A DNA stretch of 63,953 bases, the filler included, from Octopus bimaculoides (taxonomy: Eukaryota), in assembly GCF_001194135.2 (NCBI RefSeq). It is 5 parts of 5 records of this genome, joined end to end, with 100 filler letters (N's around TTAATTAATTAA, not from the genome) between each part and the next. Parts side by side here need not be neighbours in the genome. Positions count along the whole stretch, not along the records: positions 1 to 29,538 come from NC_068992.1; 4 more parts are not named here. One strand, 5' to 3'. The notes under the pieces were generated by a model. It worked only from the letters and a program-made list of their open reading frames with translations, was not told the origin of the DNA and ran no database searches. The stretch's first letter is position 1. Each line of letters begins with the position of its first letter. This document shows positions 12,389 through 22,721 of the stretch, piece by piece. The translations under genes were made by a program, and so were the position numbers.

Positions 12389-13050
12389 NNNNNNNNNNNN
12401 NNNNNNNNNNNNNNNNNNNNNNNNNNNNNNNNNNNNNNNNNNNNNNNNNNNNNNNNNNNNNNNNNNNNNNNNNNNNNNNNNNNNNNNNNNNNNNNNNNNN
12501 NNNNNNNNNNNNNNNNNNNNNNNNNNNNNNNNNNNNNNNNNNNNNNNNNNNNNNNNNNNNNNNNNNNNNNNNNNNNNNNNNNNNNNNNNNNNNNNNNNNN
12601 NNNNNNNNNNNNNNNNNNNNNNNNNNNNNNNNNNNNNNNNNNNNNNNNNNNNNNNNNNNNNNNNNNNNNNNNNNNNNNNNNNNNNNNNNNNNNNNNNNNN
12701 NNNNNNNNNNNNNNNNNNNNNNNNNNNNNNNNNNNNNNNNNNNNNNNNNNNNNNNNNNNNNNNNNNNNNNNNNNNNNNNNNNNNNNNNNNNNNNNNNNNN
12801 NNNNNNNNNNNNNNNNNNNNNNNNNNNNNNNNNNNNNNNNNNNNNNNNNNNNNNNNNNNNNNNNNNNNNNNNNNNNNNNNNNNNNNNNNNNNNNNNNNNN
12901 NNNNNNNNNNNNNNNNNNNNNNNNNNNNNNNNNNNNNNNNNNNNNNNNNNNNNNNNNNNNNNNNNNNNNNNNNNNNNNNNNNNNNNNNNNNNNNNNNNNN
13001 NNNNNNNNNNNNNNNNNNNNNNNNNNNNNNNNNNNNNNNNNNNNNNNNNN

Positions 13051-13082
<32 letters not shown>

Positions 13083-13302
13083 TGTGTGTGTGTGTGTATG
13101 TATGATTATATGTATTTTATGTATAGTTAACAATTAACTCTGACAAGATAAATTGGTTAATAGTTACCAGGGTAGAAAAGTTCACAAAATAACTTTGGTG
13201 TAACTCCTATTTATGAGGTAGAAACTCCCTGTTAATTTAAGGTATTTTGAGTAATTATAAGATTAAATAAATGGAGTTATATGCATGTGTTAAATGATTT
13301 AA

Positions 13303-13361
13303 GGTTGTGCATCTTTTATTTTCAGTCTGCGGAGAAATGGCTAAAACTTGCCTCGTTTATA

Positions 13362-13435
<74 letters not shown>

Positions 13436-13665
13436 ATACATATAATATGTTTATGTAAGATTGTATATTATATACTTATATCAACATACATATATAATAT
13501 ATATATATACATATATAATACACACACACATAGACACATTCGTATGGATTGTTGACTTTTTCCATCCAAAAGGGATTTTCAACGCAATATTTACACGGTG
13601 TATAATTTATAGTCCTTATATGTGCTTCGAGAACAACTATTCCCAAAACTATACATAGTCGATGT

Positions 13666-13741
<76 letters not shown>

Positions 13742-13899
13742 CCAGCATGGTCGCAGTTAAATGACAAACAAATAAATGAATAAAAGAATATACCTGTTCT
13801 TTTATACACACAACACACACACATACGTATAAAATATATGCATATATTATATATACACATATATACGCTATTTATATGCATATTCATATGCTTATACAC

Positions 13900-13930
<31 letters not shown>

Positions 13931-14376
13931 GATAGATAGATAGATGGATGGATGGATGGATAGATACATCATACATACATGCATATGTTTACACACATAT
14001 ATTCATACTACGTGTGTGTGTTCTGTGCGTATGGTTGCGTAGTATTTGCAATCAAATTGACTTCAAAGAAGGACTGAGTGTATGTAAGTGAAGTGTACAG
14101 TAAACTCACAGCTGTAAGACATGACTAATAGATGTATGACATATGTACGTTGGTACTCGCACCTCTACTTTGTTGACAGTGTAAAACAGCATTCCTTCTT
14201 ATTGAAAATAGACGTATTTACACATACTTGGTGTTGGTTGAATGGCAAATAGTTGAACATTTATGAAGAGGTAACGCTACTACTATTTCTCATCCTCACC
14301 ATAAACGTATATCTACAAAAACATACACATATATGCATACATACATATATGTATGTACGTATGTGTATGTGTGTGT

Positions 14377-14420
<44 letters not shown>

Positions 14421-14492
14421 CAAATGGTACCATTATAAACGAGGCAAGTTTTAGCCATTTCTCCGCAAATTAAAAATAAAAGATGCACAACC
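13303..14492. mobile_element. Non-autonomous Kolobok-type DNA transposon (TTAA TSD, GG..CC ends)
   Basis: 62-bp TIRs 13303-13364 and 14431-14492 (59/62 identical), each flanked by TTAA (13299-13302, 14493-14496); interior largely microsatellite. Confidence 0.7.
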
Positions 14493-15032
14493 TTAATTGA
14501 TTTTCGAATCATATTGGGTTTTCATTAGAGGCGTCTACATCATTCTGACAGTCTCCAGAGAAACAAGCAACCTAGCTGTTTATATATACTCGACAAATGC
14601 AGCAGTTTACTCAATGAAGGGGTCTCTAATTTGCATACCGAAAGTATTTAACACTCTGGGATTTCCCTGCGTTGCGTGAGGAAAATGCTTTCTTGAAATC
14701 GTCATCGTAACGCGAAATTTCATATTACAAAATGTGACTGGTTTTAGATGAATTTCTTAGAGAAAGCATTTTAAAAGAAAAAAGAACAAGCAATACGACT
14801 TGAATGAATGAAATTAGCAATTTAAATGGTACGCAGTACAATTGAATAAACAAAGAAATATATTTGAAATTAAATATGTTAGGGAATAAATAAGAATCGT
14901 AATATTGTGATAGGGCTCGTTCTTGGCAGAAAATAAAGTCGACTACTGTATGCGGCGGGGTAGTAATGGAATAAAAGCTACTGGAAGGATGAGAGGCACT
15001 ATGTTGTATATGATAGCTCACCATCAATATCT

Positions 15033-15424
15033 GTGTGTGTGTTGGCACTCTGTCGCTTACGACGTCGAGGGTATCCAGTTGATCCGATCAACGGAACAGC
15101 CTGCTCGTGAAATTACCGTGCAAGTGGCTGAGCACTCCACAGACACGTATACCCTTAACGTAGTTCTCGGGGATATTCAGCGTGACACAGTATGACAAAG
15201 CTGACCCTTTGAATTACAGGCACAACAGAAACAGGAAGTAAGAGTGAGAGAAAGTTGTGGTGAAAGAGTACAGCAGGGTTCGCCACCCCACCTCCTGCTG
15301 GAGCCTCGTGGAGCTTTAGGTGTTTTCGCTCAATAAACACTCACAACGCCCGGTCTGGGAATCGAAACCGCGATCCTATGACCGCGAGTCCGCTGCCCTA
15401 ACCACTGGGCCATTGCGCCTCCAC
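15033..15424 (-). mobile_element. SINE family C, full-length with TSD
   Basis: A-box TGGCCCAGTGG, B-box GGTTTCGATTCC, (CA)n tail; 12-bp TSD ccatcaatatct at 15021-15032 and 15425-15436. Confidence 0.92.
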
Positions 15425-15949
15425 CCATCAATATCTACAAAAAAAAAAAACAGTAAAGAACAAAACGAGTTTGTTTGATGTTTATGGCACATCATTTCTT
15501 TTGTACAGCTCAGTACAAGAACTGAGCTCATTGTAAACTCCTCTTGTAATTTTTATGCTGCGTCCACGATTAGGGTTGTTCTGTCAGCAAAATCTTGCAC
15601 ACATTCTCTAAGTGTCAACCTATTAGCAATTTATTTATTTATTTTTTTTAGCTAATTTAAATGTAGTTATTGGAATTTCTTTATCCTCAATTGTATCCCA
15701 TTTAATCTCGTTCCAACGGCAGCAGTTCCTCGTTAAATAAACGAGATAAAGCTTTTTTAATCCGACACCAGTGCCTGTTCTGGCACTGATTTTCTATATA
15801 TCACTGTCGGGAAAATTTCAGTTTGACAAATATTTCCTCCCGTAAATAAAATTATTATTTGCTGGTTATGCTTAAGAACGATTGTACTTAGTATGTCGTG
15901 AACGACGAGTTCGGTGCTTGTGACTGATGAAGTGCAACCACGCTGAAAC

Positions 15950-16135
15950 TCATATCTTAAAGATTTTTATGCTACCGGAATAAACAAACTTGTAACTCGT
16001 TGGCAAAAATATGTTGATTGTAATAGTATTTACTTTGATGAATAAAATTTCCGCATTGAGGAAATATATTATGATAAATTTCATGTTTCAAAACGTTGCT
16101 TACTTTTAACTCAGTCTGATGTATATTAATATTTA
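15950..16135 (+). mobile_element. Mariner transposon 3' end
   Basis: KDFYATGINKLVTRWQKYVDCNSIYFDE* then a TIR-like 'ttacttttaactcagtctgatgta'. Confidence 0.75.
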
Positions 16136-16249
16136 AACAGGTGGTCCTACAACAACCAGAGGTCATAACGAGTTGAAGTGTGTGTCTTTATGTGTGTGTG
16201 TGTATACCAATGGAATAAGCAGGACAAGAGGGGACACATGGGAGGAAGA

Positions 16250-16292
16250 GTCACTGATGAGGTCACGTGATGTGTGACGAAACAACTTTGAC
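16250..16292 (+). ncRNA. Minimal type I hammerhead ribozyme-like motif
   Basis: gtca-CTGATGA-g-gtcac/gtgatgt/gtgac-GAAA-caac-TT-tgac: helix I gtca/tgac, helix II gtcac/gtgac, intact CUGAUGA and GAAA boxes, vestigial helix III. Confidence 0.55.
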
Positions 16293-16402
16293 AGACGTAT
16301 AAGCTAAAAATAATACGAATAAGAACTAAAGTGAAGAACAAATAAATAATATGCGTGTGTTTAATTGGTAAAAAAAAATTAGCATCCCGAAGTTTAACAA
16401 CA

Positions 16403-16573
16403 CTGGCTGTGTGGTAAGTAGCTTGCTTACCAACCACATGGTCCCGGGTTCAGTCTCACTGCGTGGCACCTTGGGCAAGTGTCTTCTACTATAGCCTCGG
16501 GCCGACCAAAGCCTTGTGAGTGGATTTGGTAGATGGAAACTGAAAGAAGCTCGTCGTATATATGTATATATAT
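16403..16573 (+). mobile_element. SINE family B (tRNA-derived), 5' part up to gap
   Basis: tggctgtgtggtaagtagc..gggttcagtc..ggcaccttgggcaagtgtcttctactatagcc. Confidence 0.88.
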
Positions 16574-16735
16574 NNNNNNNNNNNNNNNNNNNNNNNNNNN
16601 NNNNNNNNNNNNNNNNNNNNNNNNNNNNNNNNNNNNNNNNNNNNNNNNNNNNNNNNNNNNNNNNNNNNNNNNNNNNNNNNNNNNNNNNNNNNNNNNNNNN
16701 NNNNNNNNNNNNNNNNNNNNNNNNNNNNNNNNNNN

Positions 16736-16801
<66 letters not shown>

Positions 16802-17266
16802 TCATATGAGGTGTGAAAGAGACAGACGTATCGTTGTGTATATGCAGGCGTATGTATGAGTGTGTAGACTGGATAATCTTTTGATTTAATCTGGAAATAT
16901 TAATCTCGTCTGATGTTAGCAAACATCAACTCTCTGTCTACAGTAATTCTATTAAATAGCTATTCCGGTTGGCGGCAGAGGAGAGGAGATAATATCTATG
17001 TACTATATATCCCGGTAAAGTTTATGAAAGCGCAGATAGGAAGAGTTAATTAGTCTTGACATGTGCCAATTACGTTATCATTCCTCGTCATAAATCTACG
17101 TTTCTATTTTCAATGGTTTACCCTGCCTCACTGCCAGCATCTCGAAGACAGAGCAGAGAGATTTAACGTATTAGCAGTAAGGAATGCTTAGAAGAATGTT
17201 TGTTTTACTTCAAAACTGCTATTTGTAATTTGTTCATGTTGTAATTGTCATATTATTTACATGATC

Positions 17267-17645
17267 ATTTTGTTGTATTTCGGGAGGGTCATTGTGCTAT
17301 TAATTAACACACACACACTGCCTCTGTTTCACTACTTTGTCTTTATTTGTGAATTGGTTCACCATTTAACCATTTAATTATTCGATTGTTTGATTGATAG
17401 TTCGCTGAATCAATCAGATAAGTTTATCAAAGTCTTTTCGTTACCGTACGCGCTATGACCTCTGTAATCCACGTCTGCTTATCTGACTAATTGATTGATT
17501 GATTGATTGATTGACCGAGCGATTAGTCGAATGATCGATTAGTTAATTGGTTAAATGGTTAGCCAATTATCAAATAAAAATATAGAAATGAAATAGAACC
17601 AATGCGTGTGTTTGACTTAATGACCCTCCCAAAATAAAACAAAAT
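17267..17645. mobile_element. Long fold-back element (arms ~155-170 bp)
   Basis: 17267-17422 is an imperfect inverted copy of 17478-17645 (e.g. gggagggtcatt / aatgaccctccc, ccatttaacc / ggttaaatgg, tcagataag / cttatctga). Confidence 0.8.
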
Positions 17646-17815
17646 ATGTTTTCAACCCACGAGTTCCCGTCAAGAATCATACAAGCCAAACGCTAAAACG
17701 AGATATTCACATTGCATAATTTTTCTATTTAAAAACCATCAATGTAAATAATTTTCGCAATGTAATATCTTCGACAATCAATTAGTTTATTATTCGACCT
17801 ATCTATACATCTTAG

Positions 17816-17926
17816 AGTTTAAAGGTGTGCTGGAATGCACGACATGTTCAGTTGTACCACTTTGCTTACGCCCAGAATACATCGCAAACATGAGTAAACG
17901 AACCAATCGGTTTTGCGCAGATGCGG
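17816..17926 (+). CDS. Candidate 111-nt symmetric (phase 1-1) Cys-rich exon, unknown protein
   Basis: Acceptor acctatctatacatcttag|, donor cgg|gtatgt; frame xFKGVLECTTCSVVPLCLRPEYIANMSKRTNRFCADA. Could instead be a piggyBac-type C-terminal Cys-rich remnant. Confidence 0.25.
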
Positions 17927-18000
17927 GTATGTTACAGATAGCTGCTGAAAACTACCAATTACGTTTTCTGCGATTTTTTTAATCATACATACATACATAC

Positions 18001-18031
<31 letters not shown>

Positions 18032-18360
18032 NNNNNNNNNNNNNNNNNNNNNNNNNNNNNNNNNNNNNNNNNNNNNNNNNNNNNNNNNNNNNNNNNNNNN
18101 NNNNNNNNNNNNNNNNNNNNNNNNNNNNNNNNNNNNNNNNNNNNNNNNNNNNNNNNNNNNNNNNNNNNNNNNNNNNNNNNNNNNNNNNNNNNNNNNNNNN
18201 NNNNNNNNNNNNNNNNNNNNNNNNNNNNNNNNNNNNNNNNNNNNNNNNNNNNNNNNNNNNNNNNNNNNNNNNNNNATAATCTGCTTAGAACGTGGCCAGA
18301 TGTTAACTCTCGTTACCTCTGCCGGAACTCTATAAGGTGATTTTATGAACATGAGAAGGG

Positions 18361-18413
<53 letters not shown>

Positions 18414-19410
18414 GGGCTAGTGTATGTGACGTAAAGCTTTTTATTCATAGAGGCCGAAGACTTCGTCTTTGCATGGTGTCCATAGCGACAGTTCACTGAG
18501 GCAGATGTCATTTCTCTCTAAATTAAAGCCAGTGTCAAAACTAAACTCATCATATAGTTCTGCAACTGAACTAATCCTTCTTCAATTTTATAAGTTTAAC
18601 ATTACTGAAGCTGGCGAAATGCTCCGCTCATACTGCCTGTTTACAATCATTTGGGTGGGCTGAACCAGCGAGAATTAAATTAGATATCTTGGCAGTAGAA
18701 TACCAACGCTAAAGAAAACTTTCTGCCAATAGTTTTAACATTCTATTGACCCAGCCAGCTGCGGCCTTCGAGTTGATGTGTCTTACACATTTACAATAAA
18801 CTGCTGAGGTTCACACAGCAACCAGCGTAAAAGCATTGTATTCCATCACGGAGTTGTATTTTCTAGAGGTGGGAGAATTTTGAAGAATGCTAAGATGTTT
18901 ATTTTTGTTACTGTTCTTCTTATAATTTTGTTCGTGATACAGTCTTGTGTGCTTACTGATCAAAAGAATTGTACGATCCCAGATGCGAAAAACAGTACAC
19001 TACTGTGGGATGAATTTTTTTTTTATGGTGGAAAACAAAAAGAACGAGGAAGGAGTAAAGGCATTTAATAGACATTTCAATTCAATTTTTTTTTTCAAGG
19101 GATTAGCTAATGTTTAAACAAAAGAAGATTTATGACGATCGTCTATCACAAGGGATTAAGTAGGGTTCTTAATAAAATGTTTGACTGTTCGTGATTTTTG
19201 TCTAGGCCAGGAGACTAATTCACAAGCAAGTAAACCCTGATGTTCGGCAAATCTAGTGTGGATCGACGAAAGAATATTTCAGATTCCACAACTATTATGG
19301 CCACCTCCATCCCACCCCTTACCCTTAATACTTCTTTTACAATTAAATTATTTCGTAAATGTAGGTACCCTTTCGAATTTCCCATCTGTTGGTGAAATAA
19401 TATAGGTGCA

Positions 19411-19445
<35 letters not shown>

Positions 19446-19504
19446 TTATGTACCTATCTACATATATGTATGCGTATACATACATACAAACATACATACA
19501 TACA

Positions 19505-19710
19505 TGCTGCCCAGCAGATGTTAACATAATGCTGAAGATCAGTGAAGAAAAGAACACTTAAGCTGAACTGTTGAGAAATCTGCAATTACTCGATTACAAG
19601 TACAGGTTTATACCTGTAATTATTGGGGCTCTGAGATATGTAACACACTGCCAATAGAGAAACCGGTTCTTTCTCTATTCGCAAAAAATCTTGAAATAAA
19701 CTGAATAATG
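19505..19710 (+). mobile_element. 3' fragment of a second R4/NeSL-type RLE retrotransposon inside (ACAT)n
   Basis: CPADVNIMLKISEEKNT*AELLRNLQLLDYKYRFIPVIIGALRYV (RLE C-terminal pattern CP..KEK..KY..L..IP.IIGALG); (ACAT)n at ~19478-19505 and 19711-19738. Confidence 0.7.
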
Positions 19711-19905
19711 ACATACATACATACATACATACATACATAGACACGCGCATACATACATGTATATAGCAGACTGAAGTTTCGAAGTTACAATCAGCTCTTC
19801 TCTTGTAAACTTTTAATAAACATGTACTCTTCCTAACAAATTTTGACTAATTGAGTTCGATAATAAAATCTTTTTAAATATAAACTAACATAAAAACAAG
19901 CATTA

Positions 19906-19964
<59 letters not shown>

Positions 19965-20551
19965 NNNNNNNNNNNNNNNNNNNNNNNNNNNNNNNNNNNN
20001 NNNNNNNNNNNNNNNNNNNNNNNNNNNNNNNNNNNNNNNNNNNNNNNNNNNNNNNNNNNNNNNNNNNNNNNNNNNNNNNNNNNNNNNNNNNNNNNNNNNN
20101 NNNNNNNNNNNNNNNNNNNNNNNNNNNNNNNNNNNNNNNNNNNNNNNNNNNNNNNNNNNNNNNNNNNNNNNNNNNNNNNNNNNNNNNNNNNNNNNNNNNN
20201 NNNNNNNNNNNNNNNNNNNNNNNNNNNNNNNNNNNNNNNNNNNNNNNNNNNNNNNNNNNNNNNNNNNNNNNNNNNNNNNNNNNNAAATAAAACAAAGTAG
20301 ATTTTTTAAAATCCAATATCAATTAAATTTACGAAATTTTTGAAACTTTATAGATTACACAGCCGTGGGTCTTGTCTCTAAAACTAACCGCTGAAAGCAA
20401 TAACCATGTTTTCATCTTGTTAAACCTCATCAGCCAAGTATATTCACATCAGAGACTTAGAAACATTAATAAAAGTGGGGAAGGTAGTATTTATATAAAT
20501 ATGTGTATGTGTGCGTGTGTGGGTAAATATTCAAATGAATATTCATATACA

Positions 20552-20594
<43 letters not shown>

Positions 20595-20645
20595 TGCAGT
20601 AAATATATAAATAATTGATAATAACAATAATGGCTAATCAATAAA

Positions 20646-20871
20646 ATTTTATAATTAATAAATAATTATAATAGAGGGTACACGAAGTACCAGCTTGCTA
20701 GAAATAAGAGTTAAAATCCTCAAATAAGCCCCCAAACTCATTTGAGGATCTTAACTGATTTGTTATGATTTCTCAGTGAGTTTGTTGGCTTATTTGAGGA
20801 TTTTAACTCTTATTTCTAGGAAGCTGGTACTTCGTGTACTCTCTGTTATAATTATTTATTAATTATAAAAT
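20646..20871. mobile_element. Young fold-back MITE, 95-bp arms
   Basis: 20646-20740 vs 20777-20871 inverted, 5 mismatches, 36-bp spacer. Confidence 0.88.
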
Positions 20872-20904
20872 ATATATACACACGTGATATATATCACGCG
20901 ATCG

Positions 20905-21175
20905 ACCAGACTATCGGCTGCTGTCCTACATCGCTAGTCACAATGCGTTTTGTATTTCTTTTCCTTTCGAATTATGCCACTCCGCTGGCTAGGGCCAGCA
21001 AGCCAACATTCCCCCGATCGGAAGACAACCCTGTCGCAGGGTGTGCCCATTTGCAGCTGAATGGACTGGAGCAAAGCGAAATAATGTGTTTTGCCGAAGA
21101 ACACAACGCACAGCCGGCCTGAGAATCAAACCCACGATCTCACGGTCGTAAGAGCCACACTCTTGGCCACGCGCC
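20905..21175 (-). mobile_element. SINE family D
   Basis: Reverse complement of tRNA-like head and 'gtgttcttcggcaaaacacattatttcgctttgctccagtccattcagctg'. Confidence 0.7.
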
Positions 21176-21299
21176 TTCACACAGAGAAACACACACACAA
21201 ACACACTCACAAACACACACACAAGCACAAACACACACACAAACACAAACACGCATACACAATCAGGTGCACGCGCACACACACACATATATATATATA

Positions 21300-21510
21300 T
21301 AAGCCCTTAATCCCTACATATCTTATCCTCCCTCTGTTTTTCTGTTCTCTCTTCATTTTTTTCCCTCTCATCCCTTTCTGCCGAAGATCGTAGGCTCGAA
21401 ACGTCAAAGACTTTTCCATTCTTCCGAGCGTCAAACTAATACACCTGCTTGTTGTTCCCTTACCTTTCTTCATCTTTTTTTGTTTTCTGTTAATTTGAAC
21501 GATATGTATC
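21300..21510 (+). mobile_element. Repeat family G (Penelope-like terminus) with hammerhead-like motif at 21374-21409
   Basis: cttt-CTGCCGA-a-gatc/gtag/gctc-GAAA-cgtc-aaag. Confidence 0.55.
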
Positions 21511-22622
21511 TGGTGCATGAGTATTTACAAAGGGCTTGAAATGCATTCATCGGTCCCTATGGGTCGCTCCGAAAATTACTGTTCGTGTTTTTAACAGCCG
21601 TTGCCTGAAGCAAGAATATTCTCCATGGCAAAACTGCAACGAAAATAACATTTAAAGCTGTGTTTATTCCACAACACTGCTTCACGTGCCTACTGTATAA
21701 TCTGGTATTTAGTTTGAAGAGGTTTCATCGGAGGTGATGAATAAATGAAGCTGATGAAAAGCCGAAATATAGAAACAAATGCGTGACGTTTCCCCCTTTG
21801 ACGATACTGTAGCTCTAGTGTGGAACACCGACATAATATTTTGGATTCCATTACTACTATAACCTCCACCACACCACTCAACCAACCAACCCCATCCTAC
21901 CATTTCCCTACTTCTTTTCAAATTTAAACTATTTCATAAACTTATGTACTCGTTTCGTATTTCGCAAGCACCCTTGACATATAAAAATTAACAGCTATCC
22001 ATCTCTCCCTCCCACTTTCTCTGTATTTATCACTCTCCCTTTCTTTCCTCCTCCTCTCTCTCTCTCCCTCTCTCTCCCTTTCTCTATCTATCTCTTTCAA
22101 TGTATGTGTGTGCGTGTGTGTGTTAGTGGTGGTGTCGTTGCTTGAATTTTTTTTTTATGCTGTCATTGTTGAAGTAGTTGCTGTTGTTACTGTTGCTGTC
22201 GTTCGCGGAACCAGCAATGAGTCACCCTATCGATCTTTGGACTTTTAACTGGTTAGACTCTAACCCGTCTTGCAAGAAGAAGACTCTAACCGTTAGAGTC
22301 TTCTGGCAAGACTGTAATGAGGAGAATGAAAATTAACCTACACTGCACCTGTCTTTGCCTCACACCTCTCCTTCCAATTCACTGGCAGCGGAAATCGACG
22401 CCATTTGTTTGGGGGAAGTTAAATAATTTTCACAGTAAAATTTTGAAATTCTTTTCAAATTTTTACCCCACAGGAACAAGAAACAAATAAGCTCACTAGC
22501 TCAGCTCTGTATGGTTCTGGTTGGTTTAATAAATGTTATATAAAAATGTCTCGACAATTAACATCTTCAGAACATCTCAAGAAACCTACAAAATTACGAG
22601 CAATATAACGGGCGTCTTGCCG

Positions 22623-22720
22623 ATAATAATAATAACCCTAGGGAGGGGATATATCGATTACATCGACCCCAGTGTTTCGCTGGTACTTAATTTATCGACT
22701 CCGAAAAGATGAAAGGCAAA
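22623..22720 (-). mobile_element. SINE family A, partial
   Basis: (AAT)n tail plus 'gattacatcgaccccagtgtttcgctggtacttaatttatcgactccgaaaagatgaaaggcaaag', truncated by the Dong-like copy. Confidence 0.75.
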
Positions 22721-22721
22721 G

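Noticed and set aside
18880-19068. ORF with signal-peptide-like N-terminus (MFIFVTVLLIILFVIQSC..)
   Set aside because: T-rich DNA gives hydrophobic stretches by chance; no donor site, no recognisable domain, ends after a poly-T run.
15920-21775. Other CTGATGA...GAAA pairs (15922-15955; 21752-21775)
   Set aside because: Helix I or II cannot be formed convincingly; the first abuts a mariner remnant.
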